This document shows, piece by piece, positions 13,965-27,819 of a stretch of 64,000 nt of DNA. The DNA is from Octopus vulgaris (taxonomy: Eukaryota): assembly GCA_951406725.2 (NCBI GenBank), contig OX597826.1, positions 73,222,001-73,286,000 of the forward strand, given 5' to 3'. The first letter of the stretch is position 1, and each line of letters begins with the position of its first letter. Made by a program: the position numbers and the translations under genes. The notes beneath the pieces were generated by a model. That model worked only from the letters and a program-made list of their open reading frames with translations, made no database searches and was not told the DNA's origin.

Positions 13965-14310
13965 TACTACTGTAGCCACCAGCGCCAAAACACGACACCG
14001 CTACCACCAGCACCACCACAACCGTAGCCACCTTCACCAAAACACGACACCATCGCCAAAGCCGTCACCACCATCACCACTGCCACAACCACAACCACCA
14101 CCACCACTAGTACCGTAGCCACCAGCACCAAAACACGACACCACCGCCAAAGCTGCCGCCACCACCACCACTACTACCGTAGCCACCAGCACCAAAACAT
14201 GACACCACTGCCACCACCACCACAACCGTAGCCAACCGTCGCGAAAGTCACCACTACCACAACCACAACCACCACCACCACCACCGTAACCAGCAACACC
14301 AAAACACGAC
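13965..14310 (+). repeat. Compound (CCA)n minisatellite with repeated CCGTAGCCACCAGCACCAAAACACGAC
   Basis: The motif recurs about 6 times. Confidence 0.75.
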
Positions 14311-14396
14311 ATGAGCGCCACCACCACAACAGCCAATATGTCCACCACTGCGATTTGCATCACCACCGCCACTTCTACCATCATTACCATCACCAC

Positions 14397-14469
<73 letters not shown>

Positions 14470-14657
14470 TTAAGCTTGCTTCAGACATTTCTAACTCACA
14501 GCTCGCCATCCATCTAAGTCCGTCTTTCATTACTTCAGGGTCTTCAGGGAGGAATCCCGTGTCTCCGGCGAGTTCATCTACGTTCACTTCCATCCTCTAC
14601 GTTCAACTCCACCACCACCACCACCACCTCCACCGCCGCCATCAATACTGCCACCAA

Positions 14658-14711
<54 letters not shown>

Positions 14712-14791
14712 CACTACCTCCATTATGACAACAATCAAACAACACAATGTCAGCATTGGCCACCACCCCTAATACTACCTCCGCCTCCATA

Positions 14792-14831
<40 letters not shown>

Positions 14832-15076
14832 ACACTATAACTGTCTTAACATACAACCATCAACTCTATCATCACCACAACCACCAACGCAACTACCACT
14901 ACTAATATTACCACTACCATAACTTGCAACTATCGCCTGTACCACCACTACAATCGTCTTAACTACCACCAACGCTAATGTCCAATACACACTGCTTCAC
15001 AACGCATACGGCAAAGCTGTATTATAATTTTTCGTTCGCCAGTATGTTCAGTTTCATAATTCCTATTTCTGCAATG

Positions 15077-16305
15077 TACGAGGATGGACTAAACATTTCA
15101 TAGGCTGACTAGGAAGGAGTTATCATACAGTAATTAAACTCGGCGTGCATCAAATTCAATCTTTACCAGTGCTAACTGCATTTTTTTCTTTCCAGATAAA
15201 GCAACATTGGATACAACAATGAGGACTTGGAAATGTGGTGCTAGAGACATTTCGGGAAAATAGATCAAATTTGGCATCGTGGTGTTATCAAATATCTGCA
15301 GGAAAAGAGGTGAGCACCCAAGGATATTCATATTTCTTTACTACTCACAAGGGGCTAAACATAGAGAGGACAAACAATGACAGACAAAGGGATTAAGTCG
15401 ATTACATCGACCCCAGTGCGTAACTGGTACTTAATTTATCGACCTCGAAAGGATGAAAGGTAAAGTCGACCTCGGCAGAATTTGAACTCAGAACGTAACG
15501 GCAGACAAAATACCTATTTCTTTATTACCCACAAGGGGCTAAATACAGAGGGGACAAACAAGGACAGACAAAGGGATTAAGTCGATTACATCGACCCCAG
15601 TGCGTAACTTGTACTTAATTTATTGACCCCGAAAGGATGAAAGGTAAAGTCGACCTCGGCAGAATTTGAACTCAGAACGTAACGGCAGACAAAATACCTA
15701 TTTCTTTATTACCCACAAGGGGCTAAACACAGAGGGGACAAACAAGGACAGACAAACGGATTAAGTCGATTACATCGACCCCAGTGCGTAACTGGTACTT
15801 AATTTATCGACCCCGAAATGATGAATGGCAAAGTCGACCCCGGCGGAATTCGAACTCAGAACGTAACGACAGACGAAATACCGCTAAGCATTTCGCGGGG
15901 CCTGCTAATGATTCTGTCAACCCGCCACCTTCGCCCAGGGATATTCATGCTGACATGGTTTCTACATTAGGGGATGATGCTCTAGCTTTACCAACTGTGC
16001 AAAAGTGGGCAGCTGAATTCAAGAAGGGTAGGGAGAGGTTTTAAGATGACCTAAGGTCCGGACGTCCTGCCACAGCCACCATCCAAGAAAACATCGACCG
16101 TATTCACCACATGCTGATAGACGACGGACGTTTAAATGTTAACCAGACGAAGGGGAACCTGCTTCACTCGGGCAATGTTCCTGCACACAAGTCTGTGGTT
16201 GCATTGGCTGCTGTGCGCGACTTTGGCTTTGAACTGGTGGATCACCCTCCATATTCTCCTGATTTGGCACCATCTGACTATTTTCTGTTTCCCAACATGA
16301 AAATA
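15077..16305 (+). mobile_element. Internally deleted mariner (SETMAR-like) transposon interrupted by a SINE trimer
   Basis: TIR-like TACGAGGATGGACTAAAC. Transposase pieces HRGVIKYLQEK..PKDIH|ADMVSTLGDDA...TVQKWAAEFKKGR..DD.RSGRP and GFELVDHPPYSPDLAPSDYFLFPNMK. Confidence 0.85.
15332..15930 (-). mobile_element. SINE family A trimer with 15-bp TSD
   Basis: One head plus three 184-bp bodies. TSD CCCAAGGATATTCAT (15317-15331) / CCCAGGGATATTCAT (15934-15948). Confidence 0.9.
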
Positions 16306-16483
16306 CACTCAAAGCTGGGGTAAGTCGATTATATCCACCACAGTGGATGTACTTTATCGATTCCCGAGAGAGTTAAAGACAAAGTTGACTTCGATAGAAT
16401 TTGAACTTGGATCGTAAACATCCGGAAGAAATTAAGCATTTTCACAGGTGTATTAACGACTCTGCCAGCAGCGATCTGGCGAC

Positions 16484-16559
<76 letters not shown>

Positions 16560-16618
16560 GTATATATATATATATGTATATATATATATGTATATATATA
16601 TATGTATATATATATATG

Positions 16619-16675
<57 letters not shown>

Positions 16676-16700
16676 GTATATATATGTATATATATGTATA

Positions 16701-16750
<50 letters not shown>

Positions 16751-16833
16751 TATGTATATATATACATATATATAAATATATATGTATATATATACATATA
16801 TGTCTATGTATATATATATATATATATATATAC

Positions 16834-16925
<92 letters not shown>

Positions 16926-17703
16926 GTATGTATGTATGTATAAGTGTGTGTGAGAAAGGGGGAAAGAAGAAGGAGAGAGAGAGAGAGAGAGAGAGAAAGA
17001 GATAGCTCGATGCTTATTGTTCTCGGTGTCCTCGCACTAGGTGTGATAACAGTCGCAGTCGTGAGTTTCTTGATGTTAGCTGATCATTGTGTGTTGTTGT
17101 TGCCGCCGTTCATTGCTTTATGTTGTCACAGCGCTCTGGTTTGCTGACTGTTGCTTCCGTGTCTGGTCGTAGTAGCTAAAATGCACTGAATATATAGTGA
17201 TGATCTTCGTCAGAAAAGCGCACCAAAGATGAAATTGTTGTCAGATCCGGTTCCGTAGTAAGTTTTGAATGGTCAAATTTTTTTGATGACGTTGGAACTA
17301 TTCTAGTGAATCACGATCGTATTCGAGTTTATTGTTTTGTTTTTTGTTTTTTGTTTTTCTTTTGCATCGGATATAGTGATCAGGGTTCGATTGCTAATTA
17401 TTGCTGCTACATATGTATTTATATGATTGAGTAAAATAATTCTTCCTAATTTTGGTACAAGGCCAGCAAATTCTAGGGGAGATGTTAGTCGATATCATCA
17501 ACCTCAGTACTTGGCGGGTACTTTATTCTATCGGCCTCGAACAAACGAAAGGCAAAGCCGACCTCGGAGCAATTTCAACTTAGAACGTGATGAGCTGGCA
17601 GAAATGTTGTTAAGCATTTTGTCTGACGCGCTAATGATTTTGCCAGCTCACTACTAGTGTGTATATATAAAATCAAAATAAGCAACAAGGATATCCAGAG
17701 GTA

Positions 17704-17791
17704 ATGCAGTTCGATCGTTTCACGCAACTCCATTTAATTGAACAATGCAACCATTACATCAGTTTAAATGTAGAGCAATCCTCAGCTGCAT
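17704..17791 (-). ncRNA. Hammerhead ribozyme, inverted twin of 18280-18367, cleavage triplet mutated (GAA)
   Basis: Reverse complement reads ATGCAG-CTGAGGA-...-GAAAC-GATC-GAA-CTGCAT. Confidence 0.7.
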
Positions 17792-18279
17792 AAAGACATA
17801 GAATTTAATTAAATTAAAACAAATGGACACATTAGTATAATTTTACCTAAATTCTCCAAGAAGTTAAGGAGATAGACAAAGAACATGCTGCCTTCACTTC
17901 AGCTAACATCTTGATTTAAGTTTTTCTTTGCCAAATCTCATGATATTGCTTCTAATAAATTTTGATAGTTTTTTTTATGATTATACCCATTATGATTTCT
18001 GTCGACTCCCTCAGCCCTATTCCTAACAGACACTGCCCCTTGTTCTCTCGGCCTTAGATATACAAAGATTTGATAAAACTAGTCTATAAATTAAAACTGT
18101 CCCCATAAAACAGTGACAAGCAAAATCTGTAACAAGTCTTTCTTCCTGATACCTTAGTAGCTTCTAAGCTGAAGTGAAGGCAGCATGTTCTTTGTCTATC
18201 TCCTTAACTTCTTGGAGATTTTAAGTAAAATTATACTAATGTGTCCATCTGTTTTAATTTAATTAAATTCTATATCTCT

Positions 18280-18367
18280 ATGCAGCTGAGGATTGCCCTG
18301 CATTTAAATTGATGCAATGGTTGCATTGTTCAATTAAATGGAGTTGCGTGAAACGATCGTACTGCAT
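18280..18367 (+). ncRNA. Type I hammerhead ribozyme with long helix II
   Basis: ATGCAG-CTGAGGA-[57-nt hairpin]-GAAAC-GATC-GTA-CTGCAT: 6-bp helix I, intact core, palindromic helix III ACGATCGT, GUA cleavage triplet. Confidence 0.85.
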
Positions 18368-18509
18368 TACCTCTGGATATCCTTGTTGCTTATTTTGATT
18401 TTAATCACCTTATTTTGAAATTGTATGGATAATACCGTACTAAATTCTGGTGCCTCAACTTGAGTACCATATTCATCTGAATCTCTCTCTCTCTCTCTCT
18501 CTCTCTCTT

Positions 18510-18707
<198 letters not shown>

Positions 18708-19337
18708 CACTTACATATATATATGATTGACTAAGATAATGAGAAATACACTGTTTGGTAGCATAACAGCAAAAGTGTGAGGATCATCTCTCGACTAAAT
18801 TATAAATCTATTGGCGAGAAATTAATTAGCACATCTCCCGCACTCTCTTACACACTACAATCCAGCTCCATGTTCTACACATCACTGCCAAGAACTATAT
18901 TCTCTCCACTCCTACATGTTATCCACCTAATACCCACCCACATGTTCCAACCACCACTACTCACCATGTATTTTAGTTATCACTAATCTGTGTGATGTAT
19001 TTATCAGTTTTATATGCGCTCTATATAGATTTTGTCTGTATTAATTATGTAACTTAATTATATTCCATTCGTTAGCTGAGAAACCTACGTATTTTCTCTG
19101 CATTAATAATGTGTTCTGTTTATCTTTTCTCTACGTTAGGTGCAGACACTGCGGTGTAGTGAAGAAGCTCGTCTTGCAACCACGTGGCTTCGGGTTCGGG
19201 GTTTGTTTCCACTGTGCGCCTAGAGTACAAGTCTCTTGTACTAATAGCCCAGGGCCGACCAATGCCTTGAAATCTGATAGACGAGAAGAGGAAGCCGTCA
19301 TAGATAGACAGACAGACAGACAGAGAGACAGATGGAG

Positions 19338-19392
<55 letters not shown>

Positions 19393-19417
19393 GGATGGAT
19401 GGATGGATGGATGGATG

Positions 19418-19489
<72 letters not shown>

Positions 19490-19649
19490 TGTGTGCGTAT
19501 GTGTGTGTTTGTGTTTGTTTCCCATCGCTTGATAACTATCGGTGTTGGTTTGTTTACGTACCTGTTAAAAGAAACCGATCGGCAGTGTTCGAGCATGGCC
19601 GCAGACCAATATCTGAAACAAGTAAATGATAAAAGATAGAACGTATTCA

Positions 19650-20070
19650 TCCTATCTATACAAACATAATTTAGTTATTTGTTCCATGTTAACTAATATA
19701 ATTTATCGCTTGTCTCCGTTTCATGTGCAGAGTGCATCTATCTTCTCTGTATTAACTCTCTAATCTATTTACCTTTTCTCTATATTAAATCCACGGTTTA
19801 TTTATCCCCTCCCTGGGTTATCTGTCAGATATAGTTATCTTCCCTCTGTGTTAACCGTCTGATCTAGTTATCTTCTCTCCGTATTAACTGTGTTATCTAT
19901 TTATACGCCGTGTTAATTGTGTAAGATATTTATGCCCTTTGGATTAACTGTGTGATCGATTTGTCTTCCTTCTGTGTTAACCGCGGAATCCATTTATCTT
20001 CCCCGTGTTAACTTCATAGTCTATTTATCGCTCTTTATTAACTGTGTCATATATATCCTCTCTGAGATCC
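19650..20070 (+). repeat. Old degenerate minisatellite, unit of about 30-33 bp
   Basis: Consensus approximately ATCTATTTATCTTCTCTGTGTTAACTGTGT. Further blocks at 18985-19140, 26750-27190 and 32330-33910. Confidence 0.75.
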
Positions 20071-20783
20071 ATATGTGGTCTGAAGAATTATAAATACTGC
20101 ATTATACTTGACAATATTTTGAAATTATATTAATTCCGTCGAGGTCAACTTTGCCTTTCATCTTTTCGAGATCGATAAAATAAGTACTAGTTGATTACTG
20201 GGGTAGATGTAATCGACTTACCCCCCTTCCCAGAAATTGCTAAACTTGTGCCCAAATTTGAAATCAATATTTTGAAATTATATTCTAGAATGTATTATAC
20301 TACCTCTGCCAAGCCATGTCGAGCCAGTGCGGCAGAGTAGACTCATCAAACCAGTATGATCTGAAGCTCAAATTCTTGACTTCCACATCAGACCGTGGTT
20401 GGTGGAGAGAACCTGCTGAGGCTTTCGTTCTGCACTGAACTGAACATTGACAATCCGATCCAATGTTATACTAAATTGACAACGTAACTAACTAAACAGA
20501 GTATTGATCAACTCCAACCCTAATCTCGATTCTGTAACCATATTGACTGAATAAGTAAGTTAGTAAGCTGCTAGTTATGTCAATCAGTTACCCATAGCAG
20601 TGGCATAAATATGGTCTTAATTGATCAGTCAGTCCATAGTCATAACACAGTCCCTTGATACAAGGCAATGACATCTAACGCTAGATAGGTTCTCTATTAT
20701 TCACCATTATCATTTGTGTGTTTAACATACCTTAAGCACCCGCTTATTCAGGGGAAGATGTTCTCTCCTCACCAACACTTTTC

Positions 20784-21020
20784 TACCTATTTCTTTACTA
20801 CCCAGAAGGGGCTAAACACAGAGAGGACAAACAAGGACAGACAAACGGATTAAGTCGATTATATCGACCCCAGTGCGTAACTGGTATTTATTTAATCGAC
20901 CCCGAAAAGATGAAAGGCAAAGTCGACCTCGGCGGAATTTGAACTCAGAACGTAACGGCAGACGAAATACCGCTAAGCATTTCGCCCGGCGTGCTAACGT
21001 TTCTGCCAACTCTTCCGTCT
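20784..21020 (-). mobile_element. SINE family A monomer with 13-bp TSD
   Basis: TSD ACACTTTTCTACC at 20775-20787 and 21024-21036. Confidence 0.9.
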
Positions 21021-21599
21021 TCTACACTTTTCTACCGATCTACTTCCCTACCTCACTTTTCTGACTCCGTCATTCTTTATTTCCTCTCCGCTAAGTTCTT
21101 CCTGCCAGTCTACGTCAGAGCTGGGACACCTTAACCATCCAGGAGGGGTTGAAATGTAGACAATGACACAGAATGTAACAACAGAGGAGTATCCAAGAGT
21201 CATGATCTGGATGCGGTCCGACCTCCTTGGAGTGTTAACGGCCGAAACACTTGCAATGGAGGAAGACTTCTTCTCTGAAGACCTGCTGCTATTCAGCTCC
21301 CCCCAGCGCTCCTTACTACTCTCCAGTTTTCAATACCTTTTCCATCACATTGCTTGAATTATTTGCTTTCTCAAATACAAACACACTTCCCCTCTCTCTA
21401 ACTCCCTCTCTCGCTCCCTCTCACCTCCTTCCTTATCTTTGTCTTTTCCTCCTCCTTTCCCTCTCTCCCTCTCTCTCTCTTTCTCTCCGTTTCTGTTGTC
21501 AGTCGGTCAGTTGTTTTCACTTATATCCAAGTTGTGGCTTCACACTATGTCTTCAGGAAAGACGCACCACACAGAAATGTTTATTTGTGATAACATGTC

Positions 21600-23464
21600 C
21601 CTAAGTCAATCCGATATTTAATGCTGGCCTAAAATCTATAACGTTATTCACGCAAACCTTTTCAGAAAGAATTTTACGTTTCAATATTATCAATGTAATG
21701 CGTATGTACAAGACTGCAGCAGGGACAGTGATGAACGAGAACACAAAGAAAATATGTCATAACTGGTTATTGATATTACTGTCAAAAAGTTGAGTGATGA
21801 ATATTTATTAACAAACGCTGAACCTTCTGTGCAAAAGCAAACTGAAAACAAAACGGCTTCATCTTAGTGTCAGAATAAGACTTCTGGTCACGAACCATCT
21901 ACACTGCATAAAGAAATCGCATGTGAACGTGAACAGAATACAACTCAAAACCAAGCTATGGAAAGGAACACTTCAATGGCGGACAGGATGGGCTTGAAAC
22001 AGGAAATTTAATACGAAGAAAGATATAAAAAAACATCAATATAAAAAGATATAAAAAAAAACACAGGTGGTGCCCCAGCATGGCCATAGCCTCAAGGCGG
22101 TAACATATAAAAGAATAAATGTATGCAGAACAGACGTCATCCTTTGGCCAAAACATTTGCAAGTGGTGTGTCGAGCAGTAGTCTTTTCCATTTGGCATCA
22201 TTAAACACAGGACCGTCAATACTGAAATGGAAAAGGTATTGAAAAGTGATTGGCTAAATTGGAGTGTCAACGAACAAGCCATATTTTGTTCACTTATCAA
22301 TCAGCACTTTGGAAATGAAGGGGTTAATCCAACGAACGGATGGTCTACCACAGAAAATAGAGACTACTGGGAAGTAGATTTTCTATGCATGAATGTAATA
22401 ACCAACTTAAATTATGTACCATGGAGAGAACATGAAAAAAAAAAGAACTCGTTCATACAGATGCATGGAACATATTCTGTACAAACAAATTGTAACAGAG
22501 GTGGCTAACTGGTGTAATGGTTATATTGTCTAACTAAGATTATTTTATTTAGGGGTGAAAGCGGGGGTTAACATTCTGTGATACTTCTCATCTGTGTGGC
22601 GATATTTACAATGGTAACTTCCTTCGGCTGGTTGAACTCTTATCGAAATGGGATCCTGTGCTTGAAACTCATATCAGGAAGGTCAAAGAAAGCCAGGAAA
22701 AAGAGAATTAATGCAAACACATTATCTGTCAGCTGAATCACAAAATGAATTTATTTCTCTTTGCTCCGATCTCGTTCTAAAACACATACACTGTGAAAGA
22801 TCAAAAGCAAAACGCTGTTCAATAACACTGATGTAACACCTGATTCCACACATGTCGAGCAGACAACATTTATCATAAGTTGCTTTCAAAGTATAGATCG
22901 CATGCTTATGATTCAAGAGAGATTTCTGTCTTTTGAAGACTGCTGTGAGAAAGCAACTTCTAAGATTGCAAACCTGATAAAAGAAACATTAAACAAAACA
23001 GCATTCTCTCGGAAGATTACGGGAGTTGGGTGGGGCACGAAAATGGTGACAATATAGCAGCCAAGTATTTGGAAATGCACGGGATACTACCGAATGAAAA
23101 ATCCTTTTGCTGTTTACTCATCACTGTGGAAGTCATAGACTGAGTTTGTGCGGCACCCGTTCAGATGTGTTGCACTATTGCAATTATCTATTTTGGAACT
23201 CTCTTTGACTCTCTTTTTTACTCTTTTACTTGTTTCAGTCATTTGACTGTGGCCATGCTGGAGCACCGCTTTTAGTAGAGCAAATCGACCCCAGGACTTA
23301 TTCTTTGTAAGCCAAGTATTTATTCTATCGGTCTCTTAAACTGAACCGCTAAGTTACGTAAACGTAAACACACCAGCATCGGTTGTCAAGCGATGTTGGG
23401 CGACAAACACAGACACACAAACATATACACACACATACATACATATATATATATGAAGCCCGTC

Positions 23465-23519
<55 letters not shown>

Positions 23520-24458
23520 TACGACGGGCTTCTTTCAGTTTCAGTCTACCAAATCTACTCACAAGGCTTTGGTCGACCCGAGGCTATTGTAGAAGACACT
23601 TGACCAAGGTGCCACCCAGTGGGACTGAACCCGGAACCATGTGGTTGGTAAGCAAGCTAATTACCACACAGCCACTCCTGCGCTATTCAAAGTGTCTGTA
23701 ATACTTTTTCCTATTATAAGGTGGCGAGTTGGCAGAACCGTTAGCACGCCGGACAAAATGCTTAGCGGCATTTCATCCGTCTTTATGTTCAGAGTTCAAA
23801 TTCCACCAAGGTCGACTTTGCCTTTCATCCTTTCGGTGTCGATAAAATAAATACCAGTTGAATACTGGGGTCTCCTATGAAATTGTTGAGCTTGGGCCTA
23901 ACTTTAAAACCAATATCTTTTCTTGTTGTCCAAAAAGGTAGCAAATTCTTCTAATACACAAAGACTCAACCATTGCATCATAAATCAACTACCCAGCAGC
24001 CAGTCAGAAACGATTGCGTGAAATTATTTGTGTAAAACCTCAATGGCATCAAATTAGCCCGCAGAATGTTCTAGAACTTAATCTAACTCTAACAACGAGG
24101 AGTGAAGTAAGAGGAATTATTAAGCGATGCAGGAGGAGGTGTTAAACAAGCATCTTCTTCCGAAAGCATATATCATTCATCTGATTCAGTATTCACGCTT
24201 CCATTAACACCTGAAACATGGGATAACAGGTAAGGGATGTCACCGTCCATACTGATGTGGATAGCATTGAAATGTTCATTAAAATCTACAGCAACCGCGA
24301 AAACAATTAGTCTCATTCTGCTGCTAAAAACAAAACATATTGTTAGCAATTTAAAAGTTGAAATTAAATTACTGGTAAATGTGTTAAAGTGAAAGAAATT
24401 TTTAATGAGAACCAATCAGATGATGTAAGCCAGTCTTTTTTCCGGCTTACATCGTCTC

Positions 24459-24532
<74 letters not shown>

Positions 24533-24771
24533 TGTGTGTCTGTGTTTGTCTCACCCCACCCCCACCATCGGTTGACAATCGATATTGGTGTGTTTACGTC
24601 CCCATAATTTAGCGGTTCGGCAAAAGAGACCCGATAGAAGAAGTTATAGGCTTACAAAGAATAAGTTCTGGGGTCGATTTGTTCGACTAAAAGCGGTGCT
24701 CCAGCATGGCCACAGTCAGATGACTGAAGCAAGTTAAAGAATAAAAGAATATATAAATATATATATATATA

Positions 24772-24851
<80 letters not shown>

Positions 24852-24905
24852 TTATGGTTCTTTTTCTGGCTTACGTCACTCTGATTGGATAATATATGCG
24901 TGTGC

Positions 24906-24961
<56 letters not shown>

Positions 24962-26749
24962 AGAATCGCTAGCGGCATTTCGTCCGTCTTTACATCATGG
25001 GTTCAAATTCCACAGCGGATGATTTTCATCCTTTCGGAGTCCTTTCACCTTTCATCATTTTGGAGTCAATAAAATAAATACCAGTGGCAACTTGGCAGAA
25101 ACGTTAGCATGCTGGGCAAAATGCTTAGCGGTATTTCGTCTGCCGCTACGTTCTGAGTTCAAATTCCGCCGAGGTCGACTTCGCCTTTCATCCTTTCGGG
25201 GTCGATTAAATAAGTACCAGTTACGCACTGGGGTCGATGTAATCGACTTAATACCTACGTCTGTCCTTGTTTGTCCCCTCTGTGTTTAGCCCTTGTGGGT
25301 AATAAAGAAATAGGTATTTCGTCTGCCGCTACGTTCTGAGTTCAAATTCCGCCGAGGTCGACTTCGCCTTTCATCCTTTCGGGGTCGATTAAATAAGTAC
25401 CAGTTACGCACTGGGGTCGATGTAATCGACTTAATACCTACGTCTGTCCTTGTTTGTCCCCTCTGTGTTTAGCCCCTTGTGGGTAATAAAGAAATAGGTA
25501 TTTCGTCTGCCGCTACGTTCTGAGTTCAAATTCCGCCGAGGTCGACTTCGCCTTTCATCCTTTCGGGGTCGATTAAATAAGCACCAGTTACGCACTGGGG
25601 TCGATGTAATCGACTTAATCCGTTTATCTGTCCTTGTTTGTCCCCTCTGTGTTTAGCCCCTTGTGGGCGGTAAAGAAATGAATAAAATAAATACCAATCA
25701 AGATCCGGGGTCGGTGTAATCAACCAGCCCCCTCCATCAAAATTTGCTGACCTTGAGCCTATAGTGGAAAGGATTATTTCGGACATTCACGGTGGCGAGC
25801 TTGCAGAACCGTTAACACGTCGGATAAAATGCTTGGCAGCATTTCTTCTGGCTCTTAGTGTCCTGCTTTCAAATACCACCGCGGTCAACTTTGCCTTTCA
25901 TCCTTCCGGGGTCAATAAAATAAGTACCACTGAAGTACCCGAGGTCGATGTGATCGACTTCTCCCCACCCACCACCACCGCTCAAAATTTGCCAAATCAG
26001 GATTATTTCGGACATTTGGGATTCTTTTTTTTTTTTTTTTTTTTTTTTGCTTTTGACTTATTTCTTGATATTCTCGTTTCCATTGATATCGATTCTGCAA
26101 GTAGTTCACAGGATCAAGATTTGAAGCACCAAAATAAAAAATAAAAACATGAATATCTGGTACTTTGTTTTGTTCATCCCCCTGGCAATACTTGTCTATA
26201 TCGAATAATCTTTTGACCATAAAGTACATATCTTTTGCAGAAATTGAAAATATTGATGTAAACAGCCAAAGAAAATTGAAGCGAATTCACTGACATGAAA
26301 ATTATGATGCACGCTGACAACTAAGGGGGAAACTGCAGCTTAAATTAATGGATAAAACTACAAGCAGAAGAAGATCGTTGCAAATGTTTGTGCATCACTC
26401 CGATATTTTCTCACTACGCCAACGTAGAAGAACGTTCCCTCAGCCAACTAAATCTGATAAAGAATTATCTCAGGAAGAAAAAAAAACTGTCACAAGGTCG
26501 TCATGGGATGAGGAGAGGGAGGAACACCGAGTTCCAAGCAGCATCATATCAGGAATCAGTCGAAATATTGATTTCAGAGAAAGCCCATTTAGTCATTCTA
26601 CGATCTTTGGTATTAAATAAATATATAAAATATGTATAAAATAAATAAATAAATAATAAGATTGCACTGTTTTATTATTTTTCAATAACTGGTGGTTGGG
26701 TTCCTAAAACAGTCTCACCCGTGTGTAAATCTTTCGCTTCACGGCCCTG
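21600..26749 (+). mobile_element. Decayed hAT-superfamily DNA transposon (ZMYM1-like transposase) with nested SINEs
   Basis: Fragments WDPVLETHI, HYLSAESQNEFISLC, DVTPDSTHVEQTTFI, IQERFLSFEDC, NPFAVYS..CGSHRLSL and the hATC dimerisation motif ERSLSQLNLIKNYLR (26430-26475). TIR-like end CGGCCCTG at 26742-26749. Left boundary uncertain. Confidence 0.75.
25084..25679 (+). mobile_element. SINE family A trimer
   Basis: GGTA junctions at 25130, 25313 and 25497 (period 183-184). Confidence 0.9.
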
Positions 26750-27305
26750 AATCTATTTATCCCCACCATTAAATGTCTAATCACTTTATCTTGTATGTGG
26801 TTAATATCGAAGCGACTCCTCTTTATGTTAAATTTATAGTCTATTTCTCTTGTTTCAGTTAACCTATTTTATCTTCGCTCTTTGTTAACTGCCTGCTCTC
26901 CCCCTCTCTCTCTCCCTCTCTCTCACTCTCTCGCTCTCCTCTCTCTCTCTCTCTCTCTCTCTTTCTGTGTTAACTATGTCATCTATTTATCATGTTTGTT
27001 AGTTCTACGGACTTTTTATTCTCTCTCTCTTTCTCTCACTATCTCTCAATCTATCTATAGATCTCTCTTTCTTTCTTTCTCTCTCTCTCTCTTTCTCTTT
27101 CTCTCTTTCTCTCTTTCTCTCTCGCACTCTCATAACTGTGTAATACATGTTTACTTGAATTATATAATCTCTTTTTCCTTGCATTAACCTGGCTTAAAAT
27201 TTAAAATCAACAAACGAGATAACTCCATTAATATCAATCCAAATTTCTGGAAAATACCGACAATTCAGCAACGAGTTGTTCTTGTCTTTAAAGCCTCCAG
27301 TACAA

Positions 27306-27349
27306 GCAACGAACGTGTTTCGACCTTATTTTGCACTCCTCAGCGAAGC
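27306..27349 (-). ncRNA. Candidate decayed hammerhead
   Basis: Reverse complement: GCTTCG-CTGAGGA-GTGCAAAATAAGGTC-GAAAC-AC-GTT-CGTTGC. Core intact, helices imperfect. Confidence 0.4.
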
Positions 27350-27819
27350 ATATTCAGCTGAAATTGTTATTTCCAAATTTATCTGATGAATTGTGTTTTC
27401 CCCATCGGACCAATGCCAACTGCGGCATCTCAGCTGGGTTCCATGTGATCCCAGGGTGGGGGTGATATAGCTTTTTCGGAGATTACGCATGTAAAATAAT
27501 AAATTGGAAACCCAGAATTGTATTTTAAGAGCCCCTGAAAAAAATTGCTTTTATATCTATTTACTGCAAGAATTAGCTAAATTTCTTTCTCTCACGTTTT
27601 GCATAGTTTAATATGTTTCCAGCCATGGAAAAATGTTCTCTCAGAGCGTGCTTTTGTAAGCCTATACTAGTGAATGTGGGAAAAGCAAAATAGGGATTTT
27701 GAAAGAAGAATCTAGAAAACTAGATTTTAAATATCAAATGGTTATGGGGGTCCACCAAAATAAAATAATAATCAAAGGGGTCCTTAAGTAAAAAAAAGTG
27801 GTTGAAAACTAGTTCTAGA

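Larger units (their letters stand above)
17668..18481 (+). mobile_element. PLE pseudo-LTR fold-back: 237-bp inverted arms (17668-17904 / 18167-18403), 262-bp spacer, about 78-nt tail
   Basis: Arms are near-exact reverse complements. The spacer on the minus strand reads NYQNLLEAIS*DLAKKNLNQDVS*, resembling a GIY-YIG C-terminus. Flanked by TA/TC microsatellites. Confidence 0.85.

Noticed and set aside
13593-14027. Recurrent ORFs such as [22 protein letters not shown] and [15 protein letters not shown]
   Set aside because: Chance frames through SINE family A copies.
17195-17220. CTGACGAAG on the minus strand (also CTGATGA at about 58156 and 29068)
   Set aside because: No paired helix II followed by GAAA and UH.
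25084-25679. CRISPR-like or tRNA-gene array
   Set aside because: Units are contiguous 184-bp SINE bodies with no unique spacers and no full cloverleaf, and the DNA is eukaryotic.
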